DNA of 64,000 nt, taken from contig JBCCQQ010000010.1 in the NCBI GenBank assembly GCA_039024555.1, positions 1 through 64,000 on the forward strand, in the 5' to 3' direction. Numbering within the stretch: the stretch's first letter is position 1; every line of letters starts with the position of its first letter. The notes below the pieces were generated by a model. It was not told where the DNA came from. It was given only the letters and a program-made list of their open reading frames with translations, and made no database searches. The stretch comes from Cyanobacteria bacterium P01_D01_bin.156 (GTDB lineage: Bacteria; Cyanobacteriota; Cyanobacteriia; Phormidesmidales; Phormidesmidaceae). The position numbers and the translations under genes were made by a program. Positions 9,732-21,115 of the stretch are shown here, one piece after another.

Positions 9732-10961
9732 TTAGTCCTCTGGCGGTTCTGGAGAATAGTGGCACTGCAACCACTGATGGATAATGTTGCTAACACTTTC
9801 TAATACGTTCAGTTTTGTAGGGGTATGCAACTCGGTTTGGCCCCAGGTGATAACCGTAAGCAGCAACTGGCGACGAATACGTTCAAGCTGGCGGGAAACT
9901 TGATACTGCTGAATAGTCAGCTGTTGAGCGATAGCGCTTTGGGTAAGCTTTTGTCGATAGTAGAGGGTTAGCAATGTTTGCTGATCGGTGGGCAAATTAG
10001 CGAGAGCTTGCTTCAATACATGCTGCATTGCTTGAAGCTGTTGCTGCTGCTCTGTGTAGGCTTCAGACTCTAGCAGCTTTTCCATAGGGGTGTTTTCTTC
10101 CTCATGGGTGAGGATATCCAGTTGTTCGTTCCCAGCGTCGTCGTACTGGGGCTGATTGAGGGACGTAATGGGCGGATTTAAATAACTCCGAAGGATAGCG
10201 GCTATTTGCACTAACTCTCCCATTACCTGTTGGGTATTGAGGATGTCGATATTTTTAGTAAACTCTTGGGTGGTTCCATTTTCGGCATCACAGATACCGT
10301 TATTTTGAGTTGATTGTCGGATTTGATTAAAGCGTTGAATGATCTTCTGCAGTTGCTCCTCACTAGGAGCGGGTAAACCCCGTACTGATGCTTGCGGGGT
10401 TGGAGTACAAATATGGCGAAAGCATTGCCAGATTAAAATTGCGGTGGAGGTGTGGCCAAAACCGGCATTTTGTAGTGCTTCGGTTAGCTGGCTTTGGCTA
10501 ACCCGTCGTAGTAGGCCCCAGTCGCTGCTGATATTAAGCTCATGATGCTGTCTGAGATAATCCCGAATGGCGTTACCAAAGGCTGTTTTTGCATAGGCTT
10601 TCAGCTTATTACCGTAATCAGGGTTATAGCGCTTTAAAATCCGAGGCACATGGGCGATCTCAATTTGAAACCCGTCTGCGGTGGAAAATGACACCAGGGA
10701 AAACTGACGGGTAACCTGCTCGGCTACCTGATAGCAAGGTTCTTGCAAGTATGCCCAAAGATGAGCCGATGCCCGGGGATGGTTGTCCAGAAGTCTGTAC
10801 CAATATAGTACCCAAAATGCTTCTGAACGTTCCGGCAAGTCATTCTGTAGCTGCCGCATACTCCGCACTAGCTGCGGTATAGCCTGCCATCGCTCAAAGC
10901 GATCTCCCGCAAACTTAATAAACGTGGAGAAGACAGCCAAAATGTCGTTCCGAGGGCGCAT
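9732..10961 (-). CDS. Sigma-70 family sigma factor (cyanobacterial DUF1822-associated type)
   Basis: Region 2-like YNPDYGNKLKAYA...IRDYLR, SLN motif, and region 4 HTH LTQSAIAQQLTIQQYQVSRQL. Confidence 0.85.
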   Translation of the reverse strand: MRPRNDILAVFSTFIKFAGDRFERWQAIPQLVRSMRQLQNDLPERSEAFWVLYWYRLLDNHPRASAHLWAYLQEPCYQVAEQVTRQFSLVSFSTADGFQIEIAHVPRILKRYNPDYGNKLKAYAKTAFGNAIRDYLRQHHELNISSDWGLLRRVSQSQLTEALQNAGFGHTSTAILIWQCFRHICTPTPQASVRGLPAPSEEQLQKIIQRFNQIRQSTQNNGICDAENGTTQEFTKNIDILNTQQVMGELVQIAAILRSYLNPPITSLNQPQYDDAGNEQLDILTHEEENTPMEKLLESEAYTEQQQQLQAMQHVLKQALANLPTDQQTLLTLYYRQKLTQSAIAQQLTIQQYQVSRQLERIRRQLLLTVITWGQTELHTPTKLNVLESVSNIIHQWLQCHYSPEPPED

Positions 10962-11082
10962 TCTCTAAACTAAGCAGTTAATCAGTGACGCAGACATATA
11001 GATCATCCCACGATTTACCCCTGGCTAATATAAATTAATATCATTGAGATTATTCTTGGGTAGTACGGCTTAAATTTGCCCA

Positions 11083-11511
11083 TTAAATCCTAGGACGGTA
11101 ACCATACTGACGATAGTGCCAGTAGTCCTGCAAAATTTTGTCATGGTCAAAGCATAAATTGTTGGGTAGTTCCCATAGGGGAAACATCTGAAAATGCTTA
11201 GCATCATCTCCGGCGACAGGGTTTCCCGTTGCTGTGGCTAAGAAAACAATGCTGATGGTGTGTTTACGCTGGTCTCGCTGGGGATCAGAGTAAACATAAA
11301 ACTGTTCTAGTAGCGTTATATCCAGACCAATTTCTTCTTTAGCTTCCCGTATGGCGGCTGTTTCCACGGATTCACCATAGTCCACAAATCCTCCCGGAAT
11401 GGCCCAGCCAAACGGCTCATTTAAACGCTCAATTAAAATAATTGGGCGGTGGGGACGATCGGTCAATTCAATAATAATGTCGACCGTGGGTGCAGGATTG
11501 CGATAGGCCAT
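11083..11511 (-). CDS. NUDIX hydrolase (ADP-ribose pyrophosphatase-like)
   Basis: Nudix box [23 protein letters not shown]. Start chosen at MAYRNP. Confidence 0.92.
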   Translation of the reverse strand: MAYRNPAPTVDIIIELTDRPHRPIILIERLNEPFGWAIPGGFVDYGESVETAAIREAKEEIGLDITLLEQFYVYSDPQRDQRKHTISIVFLATATGNPVAGDDAKHFQMFPLWELPNNLCFDHDKILQDYWHYRQYGYRPRI

Positions 11512-11590
11512 GGAGTACTTAGGGGAACGGTATAGCATCGAATAACCATGCTAAAGTCAGTTGGCCTTAATTCAGTATCCATTACCCACC

Positions 11591-13090
11591 ATGTCATTTT
11601 CCAGAGCTAGTGGTATTTTGTTGCACCCAACATCGCTTCCCGGTCGCTACGGCATTGGCGATTTAGGTGAAGCGGCCTATCGCTTTGTGGACTTCTTGAC
11701 AGAATCTAAACAGCAGCTTTGGCAGATTTTGCCGTTAGGCCCCACTGGGCATGGCAACTCCCCCTACATGTGTTATTCCGCGATGGCGGGCAACCCGCTG
11801 TTGATTAGTTTAGAGGGCCTGGTGGAACAAGGGCTTTTGGATAAATCAGATTTGGCAGATGTGCCAAATTTTCCTGATGAGCATGTGGATTACGACCGGG
11901 TTATTCCTTACAAATTTGCACTGCTTGGCAAGGCCGCGAAGAAGTTTTCGTCCGAATCGTCGTCAGAATTTCAGGAGTTTTGTCAGGCTCAGGCATTTTG
12001 GTTAGACGATTACAGCCTATTTATGGCCCTTAAGGAGGAACATAATGGTTCGAGCTGGAGTGACTGGGCGCCGACGGTGGCTAAGCGAGAGCCAGAGGCT
12101 CTAGAAACCTGGCGGGCTAAGTTAGCAGATACGATATTTTTACAAAAGTTTTTACAGTTTGAGTTTTGCCGCCAGTGGTTTGCGCTCAAGGCCTATGCCA
12201 ATGAGCGTCATATCCAAATTATTGGGGATATGCCTATTTATGTGGCCCACGATAGTGCTGATGTGTGGGCGTTCCCAGAGAACTTTATGATCGATCCGAA
12301 CTCATTTTTACCTGCGGAGATGGCCGGAGTACCGCCAGATTACTTTAGTGAAACAGGGCAGCTGTGGGGCAACCCTACGTATAACTGGGAGGTGCTCAAA
12401 GAAACTCAGTTTGACTGGTGGTTAAAACGAATCAAGACATCCCTTGCCTATGTGGATCAGATTCGCATTGACCATTTTCGAGGATTTGAGTCCTATTGGG
12501 CTGTTCCCGCAGGGGAGCAAACAGCCATGAATGGTAAATGGATTGAGGCTCCCGGTGTAGAACTATTTGAACGAGTAGAGCAGGTCCTAGGTAAACTTCC
12601 CTTTTTAGCCGAGGATTTGGGGATTATTACGCCTGAGGTGGAAGCGCTACGGGACAAATTTGGGTTTCCAGGGATGAAAATTCTGCAGTTTGCCTTTGGC
12701 TCAGATCATCGTAATCCCTACTTGCCGTTTAACTGCGATCGCAACTTTGTTATCTACACGGGCACCCACGATAACGACACCACCGTCGGCTGGTACACCG
12801 CTGCCAATGACTATGAAAAACAGCGATTAGCCACGTTTGTCGGAGGCATTACACCGGAGTCAGTTCATTGGAGCATGATCCGGCTAGCCTTATCATCTGT
12901 TGCTAATCTGGCAATTATTCCTCTACAGGACCTGTTAGGCCTAGGCTCTGAAGCTCGAATGAATACGCCAGGTTTAGCCGAAGGCAATTGGCAATGGCGG
13001 TTACCTGAAGGAATGCTCACCCCTACTGTTCAGCAGCAGTTTACTACGCTAACGGAGCTCTATGGACGGGGCACCTACCAATGGCCCTAG
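11591..13090 (+). CDS. malQ: 4-alpha-glucanotransferase (GH77)
   Basis: GILLHPTSLP, RIDHFRG, AEDLG and YTGTHDNDT motifs. Confidence 0.97.
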   Translation: MSFSRASGILLHPTSLPGRYGIGDLGEAAYRFVDFLTESKQQLWQILPLGPTGHGNSPYMCYSAMAGNPLLISLEGLVEQGLLDKSDLADVPNFPDEHVDYDRVIPYKFALLGKAAKKFSSESSSEFQEFCQAQAFWLDDYSLFMALKEEHNGSSWSDWAPTVAKREPEALETWRAKLADTIFLQKFLQFEFCRQWFALKAYANERHIQIIGDMPIYVAHDSADVWAFPENFMIDPNSFLPAEMAGVPPDYFSETGQLWGNPTYNWEVLKETQFDWWLKRIKTSLAYVDQIRIDHFRGFESYWAVPAGEQTAMNGKWIEAPGVELFERVEQVLGKLPFLAEDLGIITPEVEALRDKFGFPGMKILQFAFGSDHRNPYLPFNCDRNFVIYTGTHDNDTTVGWYTAANDYEKQRLATFVGGITPESVHWSMIRLALSSVANLAIIPLQDLLGLGSEARMNTPGLAEGNWQWRLPEGMLTPTVQQQFTTLTELYGRGTYQWP

Positions 13091-13423
13091 GGCTGAGATA
13101 GTTACGCTGCTGAGAAATAATCTCTATGAATTCATGACATCTGTCCTGTGTTGAAGGCACAACAGGAATAGATGCTTCAGAATGGTTCTGTGAATTTTCT
13201 TGCTAAAAACCTTCAAAAAATAAAAACTTAAGATGATCGCTTTTGTCCCCTGGTGACGGTCTTGAGAGTTCTAGCCACTGTCTAAGGTTTGTCCGCGGCC
13301 CCTGCATCGTCAGTGAAATTGTGTAGTTGAATTTACTGAAAATGATTCGGGAAAACACACTTTCGCTTTGCAACATCCCTGATAAAATCCAACCATAGAG
13401 GTAGTGAAGACAACATCATCAAT

Positions 13424-14188
13424 ATGGCTATGGTTTCTAGCGGCTTAGCTCCAGTCCAATCTACGCTACGGGTAGGTCTGGGCCGAGTACTAATCGTTGA
13501 AGATGAAGAGTTGATTCGGGAAACAGTTGCTCTAGCCCTAGCGGAAGAAGGATTTGAAATCGTGGTGGCGGCTGATGGCCCTACGGCGTTAGAAAAACTC
13601 ATAGGTTCAGCGGACGGTAGCAAGGAAGCTATTCCAGACATCAGCTTAGTAATCCTGGACCTGATGCTACCAGGAATGAATGGTTTAGATTTATGCCGTC
13701 TGGTGCGTCATCGCGGTTTGGATATCCCCATTTTGATTCTCAGTGCTAAAGGCACAGAAATGGATCGGGTCGTCGGATTGGAAGTCGGTGCAGATGACTA
13801 TTTGTCTAAACCTTTTGGTATGCGAGAACTGATCGCTCGCTGCCGCGCATTGTTACGACGCTATCAATCTAAAGGGAAGACAGAGGATACCTCGGCTCTA
13901 CGGTTTGAAAATATTACCCTTCATCCCAATGAGTGTCGTGCTTTTCTGAGCGATCAGGAGCTTAACCTATCTCCTAAGGAATTTAAAATTCTAGAACTGT
14001 TTATGGGGCGTCCGCGTCGGGTGTGGTCCCGCGATCAGATTATTGATCGGGTTTGGGGCTATGACTTTATGGGAGATAACAAAACGGTGGATGTGCACAT
14101 TCGCTGGCTACGAGAAAAACTCGAAGAAGATCCCAGTAAGCCCAAGTATTTGAAAACTGTTCGTGGTTTTGGTTATCGCTTAGGTTAG
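13424..14188 (+). CDS. OmpR/PhoB-family response regulator, SphR/PhoB-like
   Basis: REC domain (VEDE, LDLMLP, KPF) plus winged helix KTVDVHIRWLREKLE...TVRGFGY. Confidence 0.9.
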   Translation: MAMVSSGLAPVQSTLRVGLGRVLIVEDEELIRETVALALAEEGFEIVVAADGPTALEKLIGSADGSKEAIPDISLVILDLMLPGMNGLDLCRLVRHRGLDIPILILSAKGTEMDRVVGLEVGADDYLSKPFGMRELIARCRALLRRYQSKGKTEDTSALRFENITLHPNECRAFLSDQELNLSPKEFKILELFMGRPRRVWSRDQIIDRVWGYDFMGDNKTVDVHIRWLREKLEEDPSKPKYLKTVRGFGYRLG

Positions 14189-14588
14189 CCCATTTACCGT
14201 TGTTGATTTATGGGATGTAACGCCCCATAGGTTGGCTAATGGTTTGGATATGACCGATAAAACTCTTCCATAGCTCGGTGCAACTGCTAATCCACGGCAG
14301 TTGCATTCACTGTTGGCTTTTTGACAGTTGATTTAGAGTTCTCCATGACTCAATAATCGGCAATATTCTTGCTGCAGGCATTAAAACCATATTCTTTAGA
14401 CAAATATTGCAAGGATCCTTGATATAAGTTTGCTAGAGTAGTCGCGGGTATGGTGGGCGGTATTCGATTGCCGTCAAGTTAGCTTGTGTAAATTTTCAGA
14501 GGCTTTGATGTATGGCTTGGTACCCATAGTTCTAGTCATACAGATTCAAGCTCCCTTGCTAGTAGATGTTATGTAGTGCCCGTCTGTG

Positions 14589-17500
14589 ATGACATCGCCC
14601 AACGAAAACCGACCACCTGAGGGTCCAAGATTTTGGAAAATTGCAGCTATTACCCTAGGCGCAGGCACTCTTCTCGTTGGTACTGTGGCTGTCGTCAGTG
14701 CCTGGATCTTTATAAACAATGGGCTTACTCCCCTGCTTGAGAGGCAGCTGTCTAAGCTTTTAGAACGAGAACTAGAGCTGGGGGAGTTGGAGGCCATTTC
14801 CTGGAACGGAGCGCGGGTGGGTCCTTCGCAGCTCAAGGCCACAGCTACCGATCCCACCTATGTGACTGCAGATGCTGTGGCAGTGGCCTTTAACCCTCTG
14901 CAGGTTATCTTTCAGCAAGAGCTAGATCTCGATCTCCGGATCATGGGTGCGGAAGGCTATCTAGAACAGCATCCAGATGAAGGCTGGCTGGGGATCGATG
15001 TACCCACATTTGAGCCACCTGCCAAAGAGCCTCTTATCAAAGTGCGTCTAGATGACCTGGAGGTAATAGATAGCCAGGTTAGCCTGGTGCCTTTACCTGC
15101 AGATGGAGATGCTCCTGCCCCCTTACTAATCAGTGATATTAATGGCAGAGTTGGCATTGATCCTGTGCAAATTAGTGGTCAGGATAGCCAGCGCATAGAA
15201 TTTGAGGCTACGGCCACACCTCCCCAGGGAGGAGAACTAGAAATTACTGGAGAAGTCCAACCAACCGCAGCTGGTAACCAGCCTTTACAGCAAGAAATTC
15301 GTTTAGGCATAGAGGGTGAGGGGGTTTCAGCTGGACCTGTCATGGCATTTTTATTGCCTACCTTAGGTCAGAAGGATTTACCCATTACCGCAACAGCCGG
15401 GCGAGTCAGTGGTCAGTGGGCTGTTTCGTTTCTCCCAAATCAGCCCGTTACGGTGGATGGTGCAGGCACCGTTAACAATGGTCAGTTACGGTTAGACCCT
15501 TTACCCAGCAGTGGACCATGGGGTAATACCATCGACAATATTGACGCTACGGCCAGATTTAAGGGAACCACCATTACGGTGGATCAGGCCCAAGGTAGCT
15601 ACAGCGAGCTAGTGGCTACCGCCACCGGTACTGTGAATTGGGAAGGTGACTATAACCTGATAGCCCAGGTGCCCGATATTGATCTAGAACAGCTGTTAGC
15701 GAAAGCTGAGGTGGATGCCCCCATTGCCCTCAGCGGTGTGCTTGACAGCACTGTGGCGATTACTGGACCCATGCTGCAGCCTCAGCTATCGGCAGATGTG
15801 GTGGCGATTGGCCCGGTCACGATTGATCGAATCGTCCTCAATGAGTTGGATGCTGATGTGGAGATGCGCAGCGATCGCATCGAGAATCTACTGGATGTTG
15901 TCACGGTTACCCAACTCATAGCTACCCCCGACATTGGCGGTCAGATTACTGGTAGCGGTGTCCTAAACCTAGCGAATATCCCAGCACAGCCACCAGAGTT
16001 CGACTTTACCGCCCAAGCAAGCAATGTCCCTGGAGAGCAGATCATCGCTCTCTATGCTGAACAGCAGCTGCCGTTTACCCTAGGAGCCGTAGACGCAAAT
16101 GCCACCATTGTGGGGACTCCTGCCGCCTTAGAAACCCGCATCAATGTCAATGCCCCCACCCTGGCCTATGGCAGTCAGGTTTATCCCACTAATGCCACAG
16201 CGGTATTTGCCGATGGTGGGTTAAGGATTCCTCAGGCGGTTATGCAAGTGGGCTCAGGCACCTTGACCGGCAGTGGCGAAGTGGGTACCGACCGCTGGCA
16301 GGCCGATGTGTTCGCGAATAATGTCAATCTTCAGGCGTTAGGCATTGCCCAAATACCTCCAGGGAATTTAGATGCGGATATAGCCCTGGCGGGTCCTCTT
16401 CAGGGAGCTTCCCTCAATAACGTATTGGCCCTGGGGGACTACAACGTTCAGTTTGCAGCAGGATCGATCCAGGGAGATGTTGCCCTGCAGCAGGGCAGCT
16501 GGCAAACCGATGCCAACCTGATCTCCTTGGGGTTAGGGCAGTTTTCTCCCCAGATTCAGGGCAGTACCACTGGTACCGTGCGTTTGGGGGGCCAACTGAC
16601 AGCGCTGACCCTGGCTGATGTAGAAGCTCAAGGCGATCTCAGATTTTCTGATGGTCTAGCGGGGCTATCTCCCCAGCTAGCTGGTTTTGATACGCCCCTA
16701 GACACCCAGTTTGAATGGTCTAACCAGGAACTCCGCATTGTCCAAGCCAGTAGCGCCCAGCTCCAAGCTCGGGGAATCGTTTCCCCAGATCTAGTTGGCA
16801 ATCAGTTTAAGGGGATTCGAGGGTTTGTCCTGGATCTGGATGCTGAGCGCTATCCTTTAGCCCTGCTGCCCAGTCCGGTACCCCTGGACGGATTTGCTTC
16901 ATTTGCCGGACGGCTGATGGGTACACCTGCTACACCCCAATTGGATGGGACATTACTGTTAGAGCAGTTTACGGTCAATCAGGTCGCCTTTGATTCCTGG
17001 CTATCCGGTCCGGTTAGCTATGGTCCCCAGGCTGGGCTAATGGTTGATTTAGATGGGTTGACCATGGCCAATGGTATGGCCGACGGCATTGCCATTAATT
17101 TTCAAACCCCGCGTAGCTTAGATTTTGATGTGCGTTGGCAGGGGGCACGGGCCCAGGGCCAAACAGAGGGTGCTTTGCTCCGTACCAGTCTCCAAAATTT
17201 GCCGTTACAGGCGTTGGGATTACCCACAGTTGCCCGCCTAGGTGGCGGTGTGCAAGGAACGCTCTCATCCCAAGGAGAGTGGATTATCGATCTAAACCGG
17301 CAAACCCTAGTGGGGGCCGTACAGGTAGATCAACCCGGCCTGGGGTATCTCAATGGGCAACAGCTGACTGGCCTGGTAACCTATCGGGATCGACATATCT
17401 TTATAGAACAAGGAGAGCTACTGATTGATGCTTGCTCTGGTGTCAGTGGCCGTCGTTCTTCAGCCAGTGACTGCGCTATTGTTGCCGACAGTGTTTACCG

Positions 17501-19976
17501 ATTTAACGGCAACATTGCCATCGATACGTTTGCCTACAATGCCAATGTTTCAGTGGAAAATGGTGATGTCAGAGATGTGCTAAACGCCTTAGCCATTAAT
17601 GATCTTGAGGACTTGATCCAGACATTTCAAACATCTCCATCCCTGGAGTCTTTACCGGCTGCGGAGGATATTCCAGGGATTCTTGCCACCCAGGCCGCCG
17701 GTAACAGACAAGCGACTTTGCAAGATCAGCTACGACGGCTAGCCGAGATCCAGGCTATTCAGGAGCAGGTACTTTTAGCGGAAGCTGAGAATCCGATTCC
17801 ACCCCTGACAGCTTTAGAGGGACGCTTTGATGCGTTGGTGAGTGTCAGTGGTCGTCCCCAAGAGCTGCCCCAGCTGGAGTTTGATGTGGAGGGGCAAGCC
17901 TGGCGATGGGGACGTGACTTTACTGCCGATAGGGTGATTGCGAAGGGACGGCTGGTGGATGGTAACTTAACCCTCCAGCCCGTGCGTTTAGAGACATTAT
18001 TGCCGCCGGAGCCTGATGGTACTCAGCAACTGGCCTTTGCCAACTTAGCCGGAAACGTATCTCTGGTGGAACAGGATAGCTCCGGTCTACAGCTGGTGGC
18101 TGAGCGTCTGCCCGTGGAAGCGGTACGAGATATTTTTAATCTGCCCCTGGGACTGCAAGGAGAGTTGAATGCGATCGCAAACTTTAGCAACAGTATCGAT
18201 AACCCTACGGTTAGAGGAGATGTCACCCTAGCGGCTGGCAGCATTAATGACCAACCCATTGACCAAGCAGAAGTATTCTTCCTCTATGAGGATGCAAGAT
18301 TGTTGCTCGACGGCACCTTGATCCAGGTGGATAATCCCCAGCCATTAACCCTGGCGGGCAATATTCCCTATGCTTTTGACTTTATGACCGTACAACCCGC
18401 CGATGACCGCATTGAGCTCAAAATCAATGTAGAGGATGAAGGCCTAGCCCTACTTAATGTGCTCAATAATCAGGTGAGTTGGGAGTCTGGACAAGGACGC
18501 GTATCCCTTGATGTCAGGGGTCGCCTTAGCAGTCCAATCATCACTGGGGTGATGGATGTTCGGAATACCGTTCTGCGTTCTCCCTTACTGCCTGATCCCC
18601 TCACAGACTTCACCGGTCGCGTTGTCTTTGAAAACAACCAAATCATGGTTGAAGAGCTGCAGGGCAACTATGGTGATGGTCGCTTACAGGCTGCCGGTAA
18701 TGTGCCCCTGGGATTTTCTCTCATCAGTGGTCTCGACCTAGCCGCATTGGGGGCAGAAACAACCTCCCTAGAAGCTACCCCTGAGGCAAATACTGCGCAG
18801 GCAGATACATCCGCGTCAACGACAAGCCCTGCAACCGATCCCCCTGTTGTTGATAGGTTCATACCTCATCCTTCCGGAGCGCTGACAGTTATCCTGGACG
18901 ATATTGACCTAAAACTGCGCGGTATTTATCGAGGACGTGTTAAAGGACAGATTGTTGTAGGCGGGAGTTTGTTATTAGGAGGTCTTCAGGTAGGTGGCAA
19001 TGTTGAACTATCAAACGGCAGCCTATTTTTACCAGAGGGCAACACAGGTACACCCCCGGAAAATCCTGTAGCAGAAACATCCTTGTTTATTCCTCGATTC
19101 GAAACTCTCAAGATCACCCTAGCTAGAAATATTCAAATCCAGCAAAGCAATCTGCTCAATGTAGTTGCCCAGGGAGACTTACGCATTAGCGGTCCTCTAA
19201 CCCCATTCCGAGCCATTGAGCCCGAGGGAGAAATTCGTCTGCGCTCCGGTCGCATTAACTTGCTTACTACCACCTTCCGTCTGTCAGGACGAGATAATGT
19301 TGCCCGATTTGTGCCCGAGCGAGGGATCTCTGATCCATTCTTAGATATCCTGCTACGCACATCTGTGACCGAAACCCAACAAAATAACATCGTAGAAGCC
19401 ACTGCCTTCACATCATCTGAAGTCGCTGATGCGTCTGCCGATCCATTTCGCGGCACTGCGGGTCTCGAAACGATTCGGATTCGAGCCAATTACCAAGGCA
19501 CCGCCAGTAGTCTATTGGAAAGTTTATTTATCTCAGACATTACCGATACGGTGATCGAACTCTCCAGCTCCCCACCTCGTTCTAGACAGGAAATCATTAA
19601 TCTATTGAGCGGTAGCTATGTTGCAGCCCTACAGTCAGGAGAAGGGGTGCTTAACTTTTTTGGTGGAGCTTTATTAACAAGTCTGCAAGACTTTATTGGT
19701 CGGACCCTTAACCTAAGCGAGTTTCGTCTTTTTCCAGTAACCGGTGCCTCACGATTTGCCAGTGACGACAATACAGGCTCTGGCCTAGATGTAGCCACAG
19801 AAATTGGGGTCGATATCACCAACAACGTTACCTTATCTCTACTAGAAATTTTGACAGATAGCACTCCCACAGAATTTAACCTGCGCTACCGTCTGACGGA
19901 TGAATTTACACTCCGTGGAACCACTAATTTCGACAATCGCAATCGAGTTTTGTTAGAGTTTGAAACGAGATTTTAA
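14589..19976 (+). CDS. tamB: Translocation/assembly module TamB (DUF490) protein
   Basis: About 1795 aa, N-terminal TM anchor, beta-rich repeats, C-terminal LSSSPPRSRQEI...EFETRF. Confidence 0.85.
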   Translation: MTSPNENRPPEGPRFWKIAAITLGAGTLLVGTVAVVSAWIFINNGLTPLLERQLSKLLERELELGELEAISWNGARVGPSQLKATATDPTYVTADAVAVAFNPLQVIFQQELDLDLRIMGAEGYLEQHPDEGWLGIDVPTFEPPAKEPLIKVRLDDLEVIDSQVSLVPLPADGDAPAPLLISDINGRVGIDPVQISGQDSQRIEFEATATPPQGGELEITGEVQPTAAGNQPLQQEIRLGIEGEGVSAGPVMAFLLPTLGQKDLPITATAGRVSGQWAVSFLPNQPVTVDGAGTVNNGQLRLDPLPSSGPWGNTIDNIDATARFKGTTITVDQAQGSYSELVATATGTVNWEGDYNLIAQVPDIDLEQLLAKAEVDAPIALSGVLDSTVAITGPMLQPQLSADVVAIGPVTIDRIVLNELDADVEMRSDRIENLLDVVTVTQLIATPDIGGQITGSGVLNLANIPAQPPEFDFTAQASNVPGEQIIALYAEQQLPFTLGAVDANATIVGTPAALETRINVNAPTLAYGSQVYPTNATAVFADGGLRIPQAVMQVGSGTLTGSGEVGTDRWQADVFANNVNLQALGIAQIPPGNLDADIALAGPLQGASLNNVLALGDYNVQFAAGSIQGDVALQQGSWQTDANLISLGLGQFSPQIQGSTTGTVRLGGQLTALTLADVEAQGDLRFSDGLAGLSPQLAGFDTPLDTQFEWSNQELRIVQASSAQLQARGIVSPDLVGNQFKGIRGFVLDLDAERYPLALLPSPVPLDGFASFAGRLMGTPATPQLDGTLLLEQFTVNQVAFDSWLSGPVSYGPQAGLMVDLDGLTMANGMADGIAINFQTPRSLDFDVRWQGARAQGQTEGALLRTSLQNLPLQALGLPTVARLGGGVQGTLSSQGEWIIDLNRQTLVGAVQVDQPGLGYLNGQQLTGLVTYRDRHIFIEQGELLIDACSGVSGRRSSASDCAIVADSVYRFNGNIAIDTFAYNANVSVENGDVRDVLNALAINDLEDLIQTFQTSPSLESLPAAEDIPGILATQAAGNRQATLQDQLRRLAEIQAIQEQVLLAEAENPIPPLTALEGRFDALVSVSGRPQELPQLEFDVEGQAWRWGRDFTADRVIAKGRLVDGNLTLQPVRLETLLPPEPDGTQQLAFANLAGNVSLVEQDSSGLQLVAERLPVEAVRDIFNLPLGLQGELNAIANFSNSIDNPTVRGDVTLAAGSINDQPIDQAEVFFLYEDARLLLDGTLIQVDNPQPLTLAGNIPYAFDFMTVQPADDRIELKINVEDEGLALLNVLNNQVSWESGQGRVSLDVRGRLSSPIITGVMDVRNTVLRSPLLPDPLTDFTGRVVFENNQIMVEELQGNYGDGRLQAAGNVPLGFSLISGLDLAALGAETTSLEATPEANTAQADTSASTTSPATDPPVVDRFIPHPSGALTVILDDIDLKLRGIYRGRVKGQIVVGGSLLLGGLQVGGNVELSNGSLFLPEGNTGTPPENPVAETSLFIPRFETLKITLARNIQIQQSNLLNVVAQGDLRISGPLTPFRAIEPEGEIRLRSGRINLLTTTFRLSGRDNVARFVPERGISDPFLDILLRTSVTETQQNNIVEATAFTSSEVADASADPFRGTAGLETIRIRANYQGTASSLLESLFISDITDTVIELSSSPPRSRQEIINLLSGSYVAALQSGEGVLNFFGGALLTSLQDFIGRTLNLSEFRLFPVTGASRFASDDNTGSGLDVATEIGVDITNNVTLSLLEILTDSTPTEFNLRYRLTDEFTLRGTTNFDNRNRVLLEFETRF

Positions 19977-20212
19977 GAGGTGTGAGTCATGTGTCTACTG
20001 TGTCACCTGGTTTCATACCCTATAGCTATTGACCTGTAGATATCGGTATTGTTTTTAGGTTTAACAGAGAGGGTAAGTTGTATACCACTGCTCAGATTGT
20101 CGATACTCGTCCAAATAGTGTATCTATACTGGTAACTAGTTAGGTCACAGAAGCCATACACAAAGACTAGCCTTCTGGTCATTTTCCACATTTTATTTAT
20201 CGTTTATCCCCT

Positions 20213-21082
20213 ATGAAGCAGTTTATTTCTCGTCTTGCCCATCCTGCCTTAGCCACACTGATAGCTGTGCTGGGATTTGGCTGGGCAGCTCAGAGTGTAG
20301 AAGCTCAAGCACTGCTCCCCTACACCCTGCCTTTAGATGAGGACCGACTGACAGCAACTGGACTGACATTAGCCCAAGAAGCTGCCCAACTGGCGCAGTT
20401 CCAGCAATATGACGAAGCCTTGGCTCGGGTGCAGCTCGCTGCCCAGCTAGCGCCTCAAGATCCCCAGATTTTGGCCCTAATGGGGAGTCTTTATCTACAA
20501 GTGGGAAATAGTTCAGCTGCCGTAGGGGCGTTAGAAAATGCAAAGGCGCTGAGCAATGATGACCCTGTTATTTGGTTTACCCTAGGCTCAGCTTACTTTA
20601 GTGAAGCTAAATACCTACAGGCTGCCAATGCCTTAGAAAAAGGTTTGAGCTTGGAGCCCAGTAATCCAGCCGCCCATTTCGATCTAGGAAATGCTTATTA
20701 CAAGCTCAATCGCTATCAAAAAGCCATTGACCAGTACGAAACATCCATTAGCTATGACGAACTGTTTTGGCCGGCTATTAACAACATTGGCTTAGTTCTG
20801 TACGAAATGGGGCAGACCAATTCGGCTATTGAGCAATGGGAGCGCTCCTTGGGGGTGGCCGATGATGAACCAGAACCGACCTTGGCTATCGCTGTTGCCA
20901 ATTACGCTGCCAACATCAATCGACCTGCAGCCATTGAATCTGCTACCGCAGCGCTAGAAAGGGATAGCCGCTATGCTGATTTAGCATTTTTGGAAGAGAA
21001 CCTTTGGGGCAATCGTTTGTTGAGTGCCACCGAGGCAATGTTTGGCACCCCTGGTCTACAGGAAGTCCTATCTGGTCTGTGA
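20213..21082 (+). CDS. Exported TPR protein
   Basis: Signal peptide ending AQA; several TPR units. Confidence 0.88.
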   Translation: MKQFISRLAHPALATLIAVLGFGWAAQSVEAQALLPYTLPLDEDRLTATGLTLAQEAAQLAQFQQYDEALARVQLAAQLAPQDPQILALMGSLYLQVGNSSAAVGALENAKALSNDDPVIWFTLGSAYFSEAKYLQAANALEKGLSLEPSNPAAHFDLGNAYYKLNRYQKAIDQYETSISYDELFWPAINNIGLVLYEMGQTNSAIEQWERSLGVADDEPEPTLAIAVANYAANINRPAAIESATAALERDSRYADLAFLEENLWGNRLLSATEAMFGTPGLQEVLSGL

Positions 21083-21115
21083 TGAGTTGTCATAGTTAAT
21101 CTGACCTATACCCAT

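Noticed and set aside
11013..11021. SigF-like GGGTAA element upstream of the sigma gene (minus strand)
   Set aside because: Too short to distinguish from chance without TSS data.
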